DNA of 62,986 nucleotides, counting the filler, from Reticulomyxa filosa (lineage: Eukaryota; Protista; Foraminifera): the NCBI GenBank assembly GCA_000512085.1. It is 28 parts of 28 records of this genome, joined end to end, with 100 filler letters (N's around TTAATTAATTAA, not from the genome) between each part and the next. Parts side by side here need not be neighbours in the genome. Positions count along the whole stretch, not along the records: positions 50,985 to 52,776 come from ASPP01016710.1; positions 52,877 to 57,444 come from ASPP01039677.1; positions 57,545 to 59,044 come from ASPP01008890.1; positions 59,145 to 62,986 come from ASPP01025701.1; 24 more parts are not named here. One strand, 5' to 3'. The first letter of the stretch is position 1. The number at the start of each line of letters is the position of its first letter. Shown here in pieces: positions 51,939 to 62,986 of this stretch. Position numbers and translations under genes: made by a program. The notes below the pieces were generated by a model. The model did no database searches. It saw nothing but the letters and a program-made list of their open reading frames with translations, and was not told the origin of the DNA.

Positions 51939-52705
51939 ATGACAAGCATATTGGATAATAATGAATTTCCAAAGACGAGGGAGCGTAACAATTCGACAAG
52001 TGAGAACGGACAGAAGACACGTGAAAAAGTTTCGTTGCAAGATGGCATGGAAGAAAGCAACCCGAGTGATGTAACACGCCGACAGTTGGCAGTCGTTCGT
52101 AAACAAATCCGTGAGTTTTTCAAAAAATCAGACAGTGATCCCTTTTGCGAGAGAGGCTTGGATAATCAAACCAGTTTTCGGCGCTCGGTATCTTTCATTA
52201 ATTTAAATTTCACGAAAGGTATTGGTCCTGTCAAAGAAAAAAAGAATCTAGCACGTTCAAGGTCGAACATAAAAGCTACAGCAAAATCGAGAATTTCCGT
52301 CGGAGATGTGATAAGACTGAATAGCGCACAAGAGAAAAAACAAATGACATACAGTCCTCTCCAAATCAAGACGAGACAACCAACAACAATGATATTGGAG
52401 ACTCAAATTGGACAACTTCCAAAATTTCAGTGATCACACGTTGGAACAGTCGGAACATGCAAGCACAGTGGAGTGCCGAAAAAGTGGAGTCACAAGCACA
52501 AAGCAAAGAAAAACATGCAAATGAAAAAGAAAAGAAAAAAAAAGATGACGAAAATGAAAGTGAAAACGAACAAGTACAGGAAGATGAACACTTGTGGAAG
52601 TGGAAATTAGGTTTTGTCCCTGTGCAAGGATACGTGTTATTTCCTAATACGACCTTGCACCGACTCATGTTACAATTGGTTATGATTGCCCTTATCTATA
52701 CAGTG
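51939..52705 (+). CDS. First exon of a membrane protein, possibly a CNBD-type (EAG/CNG-like) cation channel; 1-nt indel in the A run at ~52340
   Basis: Long hydrophilic N-terminus, then YVLFPNTTLHRLMLQLVMIALIYTV (like a channel pre-S1/S1 segment), then a GT donor. Confidence 0.4.
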
Positions 52706-52715
52706 GTATGATACA

Positions 52716-52746
<31 letters not shown>

Positions 52747-52876
52747 GTATATATGTATATAGTAAAAATATATAAANNNNNNNNNNNNNNNNNNNNNNNN
52801 NNNNNNNNNNNNNNNNNNNNTTAATTAATTAANNNNNNNNNNNNNNNNNNNNNNNNNNNNNNNNNNNNNNNNNNNN

Positions 52877-54652
52877 CAACACAAGTCATACGCAAAGCTT
52901 CAATGATGACGTTCGAAAAAATGATTCATCGAGTGGTGACGAAATTGCGTGTGCTGTTGGCGGCCCAATTCAAGTACTGAGACAAAAAGAAAGAGAATAC
53001 AAAAAAAAACAAAGAAAAGGACAAAGAAAAAGGCTGCCAATCCAATGATTATTCGTGCGATACCAAAGGTTATATTATCTTCCAACCCAATTTGATCATT
53101 ATGGGCGGTCGTTTCTGTTTGATAAGACAGCTCGGAAAAGACACCTTTAGTCGGGTATTTGAGGCCATTGGCAAAAAACCTTTCCTGAGATCGTCGTCAT
53201 CAAACACTGACAGCGCTCAAGACCCCAAGCCACACACCTGCACACAAACATGTCAAACATGATTTCCAAACAAAGCGAGCTATCAAAATTATTCAAAGCA
53301 TTTACAAATATCAAGTTTTGATTTTTGTCATTACAAAAAAAGTTTTTTCACCCCTTTTTTTTTTTTTTAATACGTATACGGTCGTGTAAATTGTTGTATT
53401 GCGAAAATGGTCGTAACGTATACTGCTATTATCCACGACATCAATAAAAAAAAAACAATTAAAAAAAAAAAAAAAGGTTGCAGCAAAAACAGAACTTGCA
53501 GTGCTGCAGAAAATCTGTTCAAATGATCCTCATGAAGAAAGTCATTGTGTGCATTTGCTGGAAAATGGGCTTTATAAAGGACATCCATTGTTAATATTTC
53601 CCCACTGTTCGGACGCTCATTGTATGGATTTCTTGTGAACAATGGCTACAAAGGGTTCACAATGCGCGATGTGAAAATGTTTGGCACGGCAAATAAATCA
53701 AAGGCGTAGCGTACGTGCACAGGCTGGATATAATAATAACGGACCTGAAACCAGAGAATATTATGTTGGAAAATGATGAAACAATTTCGCACACGTCGAG
53801 CAACCGACAGCTGTATTACACGTCAAAGGATTGCAGCATTCGATTGATCGACTTTGGCAGCGCCGTGTTTGAACGAGGTTTACATCACATGCATTTAATT
53901 CAAACCCGACATTACCGGGCCCCGGAAGTGGTATATCACATGGGTTGGAATTTTAGTGCCGACATTTGAAGCATTGGGTGCAATACTGATTGAACTCATT
54001 TCCGGAAAAATGCTGTTCAACACGCATGATAGCATCGATCATTTGAATCAAATGACCACTCCCCTCCGGAAAAATTCTTGTAAAAATATATATACATATA
54101 TTTCTCTGGTCTCATGTCTTTCTCAACAAAGAGAGAAAAGAGGAGTGACAAAAATATCTTTTATTATTATTATTTGAAAAAGACGAGATCGATGATGAGA
54201 CACTACACTTCTGATGGACGGTTAAAACTTGCCGCTGCTCGTGTGAGTCCTGTGCAGTGTGTAAGCCATTGCGAGAATATTTTGCCAAATTTGGCAATGA
54301 TTCTTAAGCCAAGAATTTGTTCGATTTGGTCCAACATATGTTACAATGGGATTCTAATGCAAGGATTACAGTGGAACAAGCGTTGATTCATCCTTACTTT
54401 TACAATCACTGCGCTTCCACATCATCTGTTTCTATTGTACGATCTTTTCCTTATCTTCATCCCCATTCTCATCCACACATCCACAGCATCCAACATCAGC
54501 ATATGCATTCCCATTCTCATCAGCAAACTTTCTCGCATACACATTTTTATCCTAACATGATCTTGCCAAATAATCCACCAAACAAAGATTCGTCCAACTG
54601 TGACAACTTTCAGCATCCTGCAGAATTTGTTACTATCGCTACAAGCAAATAA
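52877..54652 (+). pseudogene. CLK/LAMMER-family kinase, disrupted
   Basis: RQLGKDTFSRV, AIKII, ITDLKPENI, IRLIDFGSA, IQTRHYRAPEV, ADI*S, DHLNQM. It has an in-frame TGA, several frameshifts and substitutions in the Gly-loop and HxD motif. Confidence 0.85.
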
Positions 54653-55699
54653 GTCCTTTTTTTTTGCACTTGACGACGATAGATTTTGTATGGTAAGTAC
54701 GTATACACTAGTTGTTTGATTATGATCTAATTTTTTTAAAAAAATTATATTTGCACTTTATGTGTATGTGTGCATGGGCTTCTTTTACAAATGCGTGATT
54801 ATTTCCTTTCGTTCAAATGTATCAAAGCCAAAAAAAAAAAAGTAAACAAAGAAAGAGGGAAAGATACTTTAACATATACAACTGACGGGAATTGTTGAAA
54901 TGAAATACATCGCTAAAACAAAACAACAAAAGTGGCACTATTTGTTTTTTTTAGACAAAAGATTAGAGGGACTCTGATCTTTCATCTTCAACGGGTTTAG
55001 AAAATGGGAAAATAAAAAACAATAGTTCATGGGTCGGTTATGAATTTTTATGTTGATGAAAGGTGGGCTTGCTTCTTTCTTTTTTTAACTTTTTTTTCTG
55101 TTTGAGATTGGAGATTTGTTATTACCTTCTTTCCATCTCTTTTTTTTGTGATTGTTTATTTGTACGTTGCCTCTTTTGTGTGTTCTTTGATATTTCCTTG
55201 TCAATTACGGCGTCTTTTGTTCTTTTTGGATCCATTGTATTCTTGAAAAAATATCCACTTGGAGGTGAATTTTTATTCTTCTTGATAAATTGAGAGATTG
55301 TCATATCATGCTGGTGATATATTTGGTAATCTTTTATTCTGACAATTTAATCCCACTTCAAAAAAAAAGACTTTTTGTTAGGCAAAACTTAGAAATTGAA
55401 AGAGTCGAAATTTTGACAGAGTGGAAAATTGGATCCGCTTATTGGTGGTGTGCATTCTTTTGCAATGTTGACAAACTGAATTGGAGAAGGCAAAAATTAG
55501 ATTAAAGAAACAAACTCAGATGAAATTTGAAAATGGAAGAAACATCTTTGCAGCAGACAAACATCAGAATCTTACCTTTATAATTTCATTTTAGAAATTG
55601 CTTCACACAATTCCAAAATATCAAGTAGCTATTGAAGAGTTCATATTTGTTATTTGTCCTTGCTTTTGCTTTGAGATTCAAGAAATGGCTTAACACAAT

Positions 55700-56352
55700 C
55701 TCGAAACAAAATTAATTGATACCCTTGGGGTGCAAAGTGGAAGCCATCAAAAGACCAAACATCATCTTTGGTAAGGTAGTCATGTTTAAAATTGTTTAAG
55801 GTACTTTCACATTCAAATCGAATACAGCGAAGGCGTATGGGTATTTATTACGATTGCCAATTTCTGATCTGATGTAATCGTTTAATGAATTTCTGCGTGT
55901 AATAAATTGTTTGTTTTCATTGGTATCGTCGCTTTCTGGGACTGTCATAGAAATTGTATAGCAGTTATGTTTCCACGCCATTTGATCACAAATTTTTTTT
56001 ATAATCCCTCTCAAATGCCAAATCGTTTGTTCCTGCTAATATTATTGCCAAATTTCACTTGCTTTCGTCACTGAACAACTTTTCTAAGCCACCTTTCATA
56101 TTAACTATCTGTATTTATTTGTTTTAGTTATTTGTTGATATAACAAATATCACTGCTCACCATCTTGTCGCAAGTAATTTAACCTGTCCCCGTCAATACC
56201 ATGATTGACACGAACACACAAAAATTTCTCGTCATCACAAAGTTGTTGCAGTGTTGTCACGTACGGCGAAGGCTTGATTTCGAATGGTGCCATGGAGTCT
56301 CTATTATATCCTGCTGTCAAGGAATCTCCAAGACATAATATTCGGATACCAT
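55700..56352 (-). pseudogene. SGNH/GDSL hydrolase domain, disrupted (missed by the ORF track)
   Basis: Block I RILCLGDSLTAGY, block II VNHGIDGD, block III AIILAGTNDL and block V WSFDGFHFAPQGY. Intron ~56160-56106; stops and frameshifts lie between the blocks. Confidence 0.85.
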
Positions 56353-56404
56353 TGTAAGTATATTTTAAAAAACACCTTTTCTATTATTATTCAATTCGAC
56401 TCGA

Positions 56405-57282
56405 TTACCGACAACATAGTGACGAGTAGTATGCGTCATTATAGCCATCCCTTTTACAATCTTGCACTTGCCAGATCATCGACAGCTGGTTCACATCATT
56501 GTTATCTACAGTGGGATAGCCTTTTGCGATTTGATCCAATGTAGCTTTGTTTACGAATTCATTTGAAAAGATATTCGAAGGGGCCGATTCATGGTGTCTC
56601 TTTGTTACAATTTTGTCTTCATTCTGCTCGTCCAACTGCACAAAATTTTCAAAATCCGTTGTCAATGTTATCAGCCCTTTCGTCAGTTTCAAGATACCTC
56701 TCGCTTGGAGTATGCTGCAGTCTTGACGCATACTCAACAGTCGCTGTAGCGTATCCGTCACTGATCGGATTCCTTTTTTCGTCAAATTTACTTTAGAGGG
56801 TGTTGATTTCAAAAACAGTTGCAAATTTTGTCGGGATTCATTAAGTTTACTTTTTTTCACTGTTGGAGATTCTATGAGAGATTCCTTTTTTATTTTATTA
56901 TTTTTTATAAGAGATCAAAGTTTTTAATGAATAAATAAATTATATTTGCTAGTCCAATCCCTCCCACTCATGCAAGTTGAAGATTTACATGTTTTAATAA
57001 TGAATCATCAGGTTGATTGTGTTGTATACCTACCTGTGGTTTTCCGTCTATTTTCTTGTGTTTGGTATCAAACATTTCTCCCGTTGATGATAATTCCGAA
57101 AAAGATGAACTTCTTTCTTTTTCGGCAACTGTCGCAGTTTTGCAGAGGAGTACATTGGAGAAGGAATCCTCGAGAGCGAGCTCCATGCTGTATACTTTTG
57201 AAGAGAGAAGAGCCACATTTGTAATGTTCAAGAGAGCTTTTTCTAAAAAGGGAAAACTTTTTCTTTGAAAGAGAAAAGTCAT
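56405..57282 (-). CDS. Hypothetical exons upstream of, and possibly spliced to, the SGNH domain
   Basis: Same-strand ORFs 56968-57282 and 56405-56860 with a GT donor at ~56407; the splice phase to the SGNH exon is off by one base. Confidence 0.4.
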
Positions 57283-59389
57283 TACTCAAAAAAAAGTATT
57301 GGTCTACTCAAAAAAAAAAAAATATAAGTTCAATTTTCTGTTTTTGGAATCACAAATGTAGAATCATAAATGAAATAATAAACAAAAATTTTAACAATTC
57401 TTTTTTCAATTTATTTTGTCAAAATATTCCAAAAAATTGCAAATNNNNNNNNNNNNNNNNNNNNNNNNNNNNNNNNNNNNNNNNNNNNTTAATTAATTAA
57501 NNNNNNNNNNNNNNNNNNNNNNNNNNNNNNNNNNNNNNNNNNNNTGGTATTTTATTGCAATGTAATAAATTGTCAATTATAACACCAACAATCATCCGCC
57601 TAAAATACAATGCACTTTACTGGTCATTTGGTTTTATGATTTTTTTTTATTGATCACCTTCCAACCTTGAGGAAATGTTCGAAACTCAATTAAAAATACA
57701 ATGAAAAAATTAAAAAAACATTAAAAGATTTATAACTAACATTTCTGTAAAACAAAATAAAAATTGCAATATCAAAACCAATCAACATCCCAATTAAAAT
57801 GATAACTTGTCACACCCATTTGTCTGATGAGCTGATACTATACCGGCCGAACTAATGAGACGGCTAAGGGAGCGTCCCTTTTGTAAATAAAAACAAGTTT
57901 TGTGCCAAACATCCACTTTGTTGGATCACAAAGTATATGGCGGCTCGACGTTTTCTGCTAACAATCTACGATAAACCAATCTTAATATGCTCACTTTTAT
58001 TGCCTTTTAACCAATACCCGCAAAAAAGATTACGTACTGGAAATTGCAATTAACACACTACTGACACAGTTTGTTAGACGTTTTGCTGATGTTTTAATTG
58101 AAAAAACTGTTTTCATTTTCTTATGAAAAAATATTTCATTTCAAAAAAAAAAAATTTATATTCTATTGTTATATGGACCGACAGAATTTCGCTCAAACAG
58201 CAATACGTTAAGTGTAAAAAGTTTGGAAATTTAACTCAAACTTCATTTCACCATAAAAAAAAAACAACATAAAATCATTTGCCTTATACTATTGGCACCC
58301 ACAACAAATTCATTCACCCCTTTTTTTCTTCCTACAAGTCTTTTTAGCAAGACACTACACTTTCGAGTGCAAAACGATTTTCTGGAACATCTTTGGTCAC
58401 AAATGCTTTGATTGCATACGTTGTTGAGACCATGAATGATTGTTCAACAGATTGCGTTGTACTCGTGGAATTGCAATCAAAAAAGTTGCAGTGGCTGTTG
58501 AAGTCTAGCTTATCAAAAGCCAGCTGAGTTTTTACTTTTTCGCGGTACAAATCATCTCCTATGCACTCCCTCAACGAAATCCTACTCAACCCACTATTCT
58601 ACTCATTTGACCGTTTGTCGATTGCTATGACGTATCTTTCGGTGTGATCATTGCTTTTTGTCTGTAATCGACATATATCCAATCACATTCAACGTACAGA
58701 AGCTAAAAATAAAAAATAAAAAATAAAAAATAAAAAAAAATAAAAAAAATACAAAACGAGTTGACAACAACAGTAACTTTTTTTAATTTTGGAAGAGACT
58801 ATCAAATATTTTGCTGATCGTTTTTCACAGTTATCCATTGCAGTTGACTGAACCGCTTTTTTTGAAGCGCAAGGAGACTTTTTTTTGTGTGTGCTCGCTT
58901 TCTTCGAGGCCATCTTTTTTTTTGTAGGCAACGTATACTCTTTCAACGACATCATTGTCGAGAATCCATCTTTCTCTACAACTGTTATCAATGTTTGGTT
59001 CCATATGAAATATCAAAAAAAATACAAAGTATTTTTTTTTTTTTNNNNNNNNNNNNNNNNNNNNNNNNNNNNNNNNNNNNNNNNNNNNTTAATTAATTAA
59101 NNNNNNNNNNNNNNNNNNNNNNNNNNNNNNNNNNNNNNNNNNNNCATTTGGGGCGGGGTCATATAAACATTCTTCTAAAAAAAAAAAATTCTATCACTAA
59201 AAGGTTTTCAAAAGTTTTAACAAATGTTTGAAATTATGTTGTTATCATTGTCAGGAATTGATAGCAGCAGAAGCACTATTGTATTGTTTGTAACCGAACA
59301 GTTAAAACAGATAAAATGACAAATGCGTTTGAGAATGACCAAAAAAAAGAAAAAATAGTTTTTTACTTAAATTATTTTTTTTTGTATTA

Positions 59390-60283
59390 CAGTAGTTTGC
59401 AAAGAAGACATTGCACACAAAAAAGCATGCTTTTTTAGTATTTGGTTTGTATATCTTTATTGAAAAGAGCTAAAGTAAAATAATTTTGTATATGCACAGA
59501 ACAAATAACAGACTATCTTTCATATATATTGTAATATCTTATATCTTGCATTTATTTAAAGGTTATACATTCAATTTTTTTTTAACAAAAATTTTTTTAT
59601 TAAATATATATCAAACTGTAAAGAAAATAATCCATTTAACAAACGTTTACATTTGTGTTTAAAATAAGCTTTTATGTGTAATTTACCACTTGATGGTATC
59701 GCACTTGGTCTTTAGCAAGCAATAGTACTCGATTGAATGTGATTTGTGATAATTCAATGCCTAAGTGCATTTGTGCTGCGATAAACTCATCAAAGAGCTA
59801 CTCTTTGCTGGAAAATGGTCCATTTTTGTAAGTAGGTCACTTAGTAATCCACCAAATGTTCTCAATTAGATTCAGATCTTGTTTTGCCAATTTTCGCATA
59901 GACTTTCTATCCAAAAGCATTTATAAAACTATTCACTTTGTAAACTCATCAAATTGCTTCCAAATAATGATTTTTACTTTCTTACTTGTTTATTATGCGT
60001 TAAATACTTTAATATTAGTCAGTATAATTAATTTTAAACTTTTTTTATTTGGTAAGATAGTTTTTTTAACATTTAATTTTTCAAACCATTGAAGGAAAAA
60101 AAAGGATAAAGAACTTTTCAAATAAATGCAAGAGATAAGATAGTACAACATAGATGAAGATAGTATGTGATTTGTTTTATGATTTTAAAATTATTTACTT
60201 TAGCTCTTTTCAATAAAGATATACAAGTCAAGTACTAAAAAGCTTCCTTTTTTTGGCTGTACTGTTTTTTTTGCAAACTACTG
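59390..60283 (-). mobile_element. Internally deleted Tc1/mariner transposon, second family (~165-bp TIRs, TA TSD)
   Basis: TA|CAGTAGTTTGCAAA...TTTGCAAACTACTG|TA; 59390-59557 mirrors 60121-60283. The minus strand carries the remnant QDLNLIENIWWITK (cf. Tc1 SPDLNPIENLW). Confidence 0.88.
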
Positions 60284-61683
60284 TATTTGTTCAAGCTCTT
60301 TCTTGGACTTTTCAATGTTTTCTTGTAATGTTTAAGTCTATTTTTGACTTTGGTTTGTCAGTTATATTGTTTGTATTCAATTTTAAAGTGTCTTTGTTGT
60401 CTTCATATTCAATGTCATAACTAACAATAAATTCAACAGCTTTGTTTATAAATGTTTACATTTTAGCAATTTTTTAATTTAATTTTTAAGTGCAATATTT
60501 CATTTTCTTGAAATAAATGATTATTATCACCATTTTGAAAATCAAATTCATCAAATGATCATATTTCGTTATTTCCTGCAAAATTTAATCCAATATTAAT
60601 GTTATTAGTCATTTCTTTTTTTTCTTTTTTCAAGTCTTGTATGATGTTTTTTAATTTCTTTCAAGTACTCAATATCTTTGCGTTCGTGTAATTGCTGTTC
60701 AATGTGTTGTTGCAATTCTTTTAATTTTACAATTTCTTTATCTTTCTAATTATACGTTTTTTGTAATTTATCTAATAATTCTATTATTTGTTCATTTCTA
60801 ATTATTGTACTTTCATCTTGCTTCTTAATAATATTTGTAATTTTTTAACGTAATTTTTGCAAAAAATGACTAATGATAAACAAAGTACGTTACAACCATG
60901 AAATTTTAAAATTCATCATAAAAATCTTTTTTTTTACATAAAATGAAAACGAAAAGTTGTATTTACTATTAGACATAAACCACTAGAAATCAAATTTAAG
61001 AATACTACAACGAATCATTAACTATTTTAAAATTTTCAAAACAAAAAAAATTAACAATTCTTTGATTGTCTTCTATCTTTTAGTAAAAACTTAATATTTT
61101 TGAATTCTCTAGGATGCGTAGATACATTTTAAAAAATGGTTTTGATGAAATATTGATTTTTCATGAATAAACTTATAATGTTTATAGGAGTTTATTTTAT
61201 GACATTTTTTTGTTGTGGGACGTCTGCTGATAGTATTGGTACACTAACTGTAATACGAGAGGTGTTTACTAAGAAGAGAATAAGTGTTTCGTAAAACGAA
61301 AGAAATTTAAATAATAAAACAAGATAACAAAAGGAAAGTAAAGAAAAGCAAGAAAGTAAGAAGTAGTTTGTTGAGGAAGTTTAACCTACTGAGGATTCCT
61401 CCGTTCCCTTGACGTTCAGATACTCATAATAGGGACTTGCCCTACATTGTCATTGTAATTTTTTTAAGCTACATTCAATATGCGCATTAATGAATAGTTT
61501 ATTTCAGTAATATTATTTTGTAAAAGTAACGCCTATGTCGTGTTGTCGATGGCACACGGTCCAGGAGTTCACCCAATTTGTTAAATAAACCCAGGCTGTT
61601 TTTCGATATTGTAATTAACATGAAAAGTTGAAAAAAACAATAGTCTCTACTAGTCTTCTTTGATTTCTAACAAAGAAGAAAGT

Positions 61684-62810
61684 TTATTTAAAAAGTTGAT
61701 TTAGCACAGATGGTCGTTTTTTTTTTGGAGAATTTTTGACAACCAATTGATCAAAGTTTTCAATCAACCTCCGATTTTTTGGTAATTCCATGTTTTTTAT
61801 TTGCAAAGTCGGGAGTGTAGAAAGGGAACTTTTTCGGTAAGATTTTTGGGGTTTAGGATGGTCTAATGCTTCATATGTTTGATTATCAATAATTAATGTA
61901 TCACATCTTGCGTCCATTTTTGCAGATTTTTGTTGTGGTGTAGTCACTTCTAGGCATTGTTCATTCTGTTTGACAGTTGCCTAATCTCCCCTCGGATCAT
62001 ATCACAAACAATCAACAAACAAAAAGAAAGTAATAATCAATAACACGCTTGTAAGTATCCCAAAAAAAAAAGGCGATAAAACAAACTGAATTTGTGCCAT
62101 GCGATTCAAGACTTGCAGGTGATATTGAATGCATTGTCGTGATGCTTTTTCCGGATGTTGGTGTAATAGTATTGGAGATAGACAGCCAATTTGAGAAAGC
62201 TGCATTTGCGCAAGGAATGTGTGTGTCATTGTTTTTATTTACGTCATCTTCTTTTTGTAATTGGGAATACCAAGTATTCCAAGCATTGACATCAGTGACC
62301 CCCTTTTTAAAAGCATCCACCAATTTGTAATTCAATCGGTCATGTGCCAAATCGTCAACAAACCCATCTCGATAGTACACAGTTGTTTTTGTCGTTATTG
62401 TGGAGGAGCTGTGACTATTGTCATTGTGATTTCCTTCATTCTTCTCTTCATAACCGATTGAAATCAATGTTTCATTCCGTTGGCATCCCTCATCCTCAGA
62501 GTCGTGACAAGGAGTAGGCACAATTCTCCTTTGCGAGCCACTTGAAATGGCTTTCTTTGATGACACAATGGAATCAGATTGGACGTCAGAAGATGACAAT
62601 GGCAAAGGCGATATTTTTCTTCGTTTCGAAAGATGGCCCCCAACAGGCGACAGCAAAGAATGAGTTAAACTTGGACATTTTTTGTGTTTACGTGCCGTCG
62701 CAGATTTAAATGATTGTTCATCATTTTGATCGGTCAGCTTGATGGGTTTCATTGTCTTGCGATCGTTCTTTGCTAATGGTTTATCTATAGATACTCGTTT
62801 TTTCGGTTCC
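61684..62810 (-). CDS. Hypothetical Ser/Lys-rich protein, 3' exons
   Basis: ORFs 62012-62752 and 61684-61947 on the same strand, separated by an intron-like segment; no recognisable domain. Confidence 0.5.
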
Positions 62811-62904
62811 TGTTATCGAATTTTATTACAAAGAAAGAGAGGCGAAAAAAAATTGTATATACGTGTTATGTATAGATAGACATCACGGACACACAAATAT
62901 TACG

Positions 62905-62942
<38 letters not shown>

Positions 62943-62986
62943 AAACCGCTTCTTTTCTTCTTATATGTCTACTATTTGAATACAAC

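Noticed and set aside
53960-56060. TGA at expected Trp positions (kinase ADI*S, SGNH K*NL), suggesting UGA=Trp recoding
   Set aside because: Intact genes here use TGG for Trp, the NLR-like gene ends in TGA, and the same loci carry other stops and frameshifts. TGG>TGA decay is the simpler explanation.
61210-61450. CTGAGGA / CTGATAG hammerhead-like cores
   Set aside because: No correctly placed GAAA box or supporting stems.

Overview
This is not one locus. It is 28 short, unrelated draft-assembly contigs joined by an artificial 100-nt linker (44 N + TTAATTAATTAA + 44 N), so adjacency across a linker has no biological meaning. 27 contigs are AT-rich, intron-containing eukaryotic DNA with long homopolymers, expanded WD40/Kelch/NACHT families and many decayed genes. 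This resembles the foraminiferan Reticulomyxa filosa (inference from family resemblance, not a search). One contig (14316-16237) is GC-rich alphaproteobacterial DNA: the rpoC 3' part, a terminator and the next gene. Recognisable eukaryotic genes, mostly partial: GDP-mannose 3,5-epimerase, SNF1/AMPK-alpha, calcineurin A, RPL4, an LSm/Naa38-like protein, a Ras-like pseudo-GTPase, an RS-rich protein and a SRAP/HMCES-like protein. Disrupted copies of a CLK/LAMMER kinase, an SGNH hydrolase and a NifS/selenocysteine-lyase-like gene are also present. Mobile DNA: two internally deleted Tc1/mariner elements with long TIRs and TA target duplications, further TIR ends, and two poly(A)-tailed LINE 3' ends. 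Top candidates: (1) an NLR-like STAND gene whose N-terminal effector is a RelA/SpoT-type nucleotidyltransferase domain hidden by a one-base frameshift (Zn-binding domain / RSH synthetase / NACHT-like NTPase / pentapeptide repeats / 16 WD40); (2) an Angel/CCR4-type EEP protein carrying a Mut7-C (PIN-fold) RNase domain; (3) an exon-sized helical module shared by the Kelch and WD40 families.
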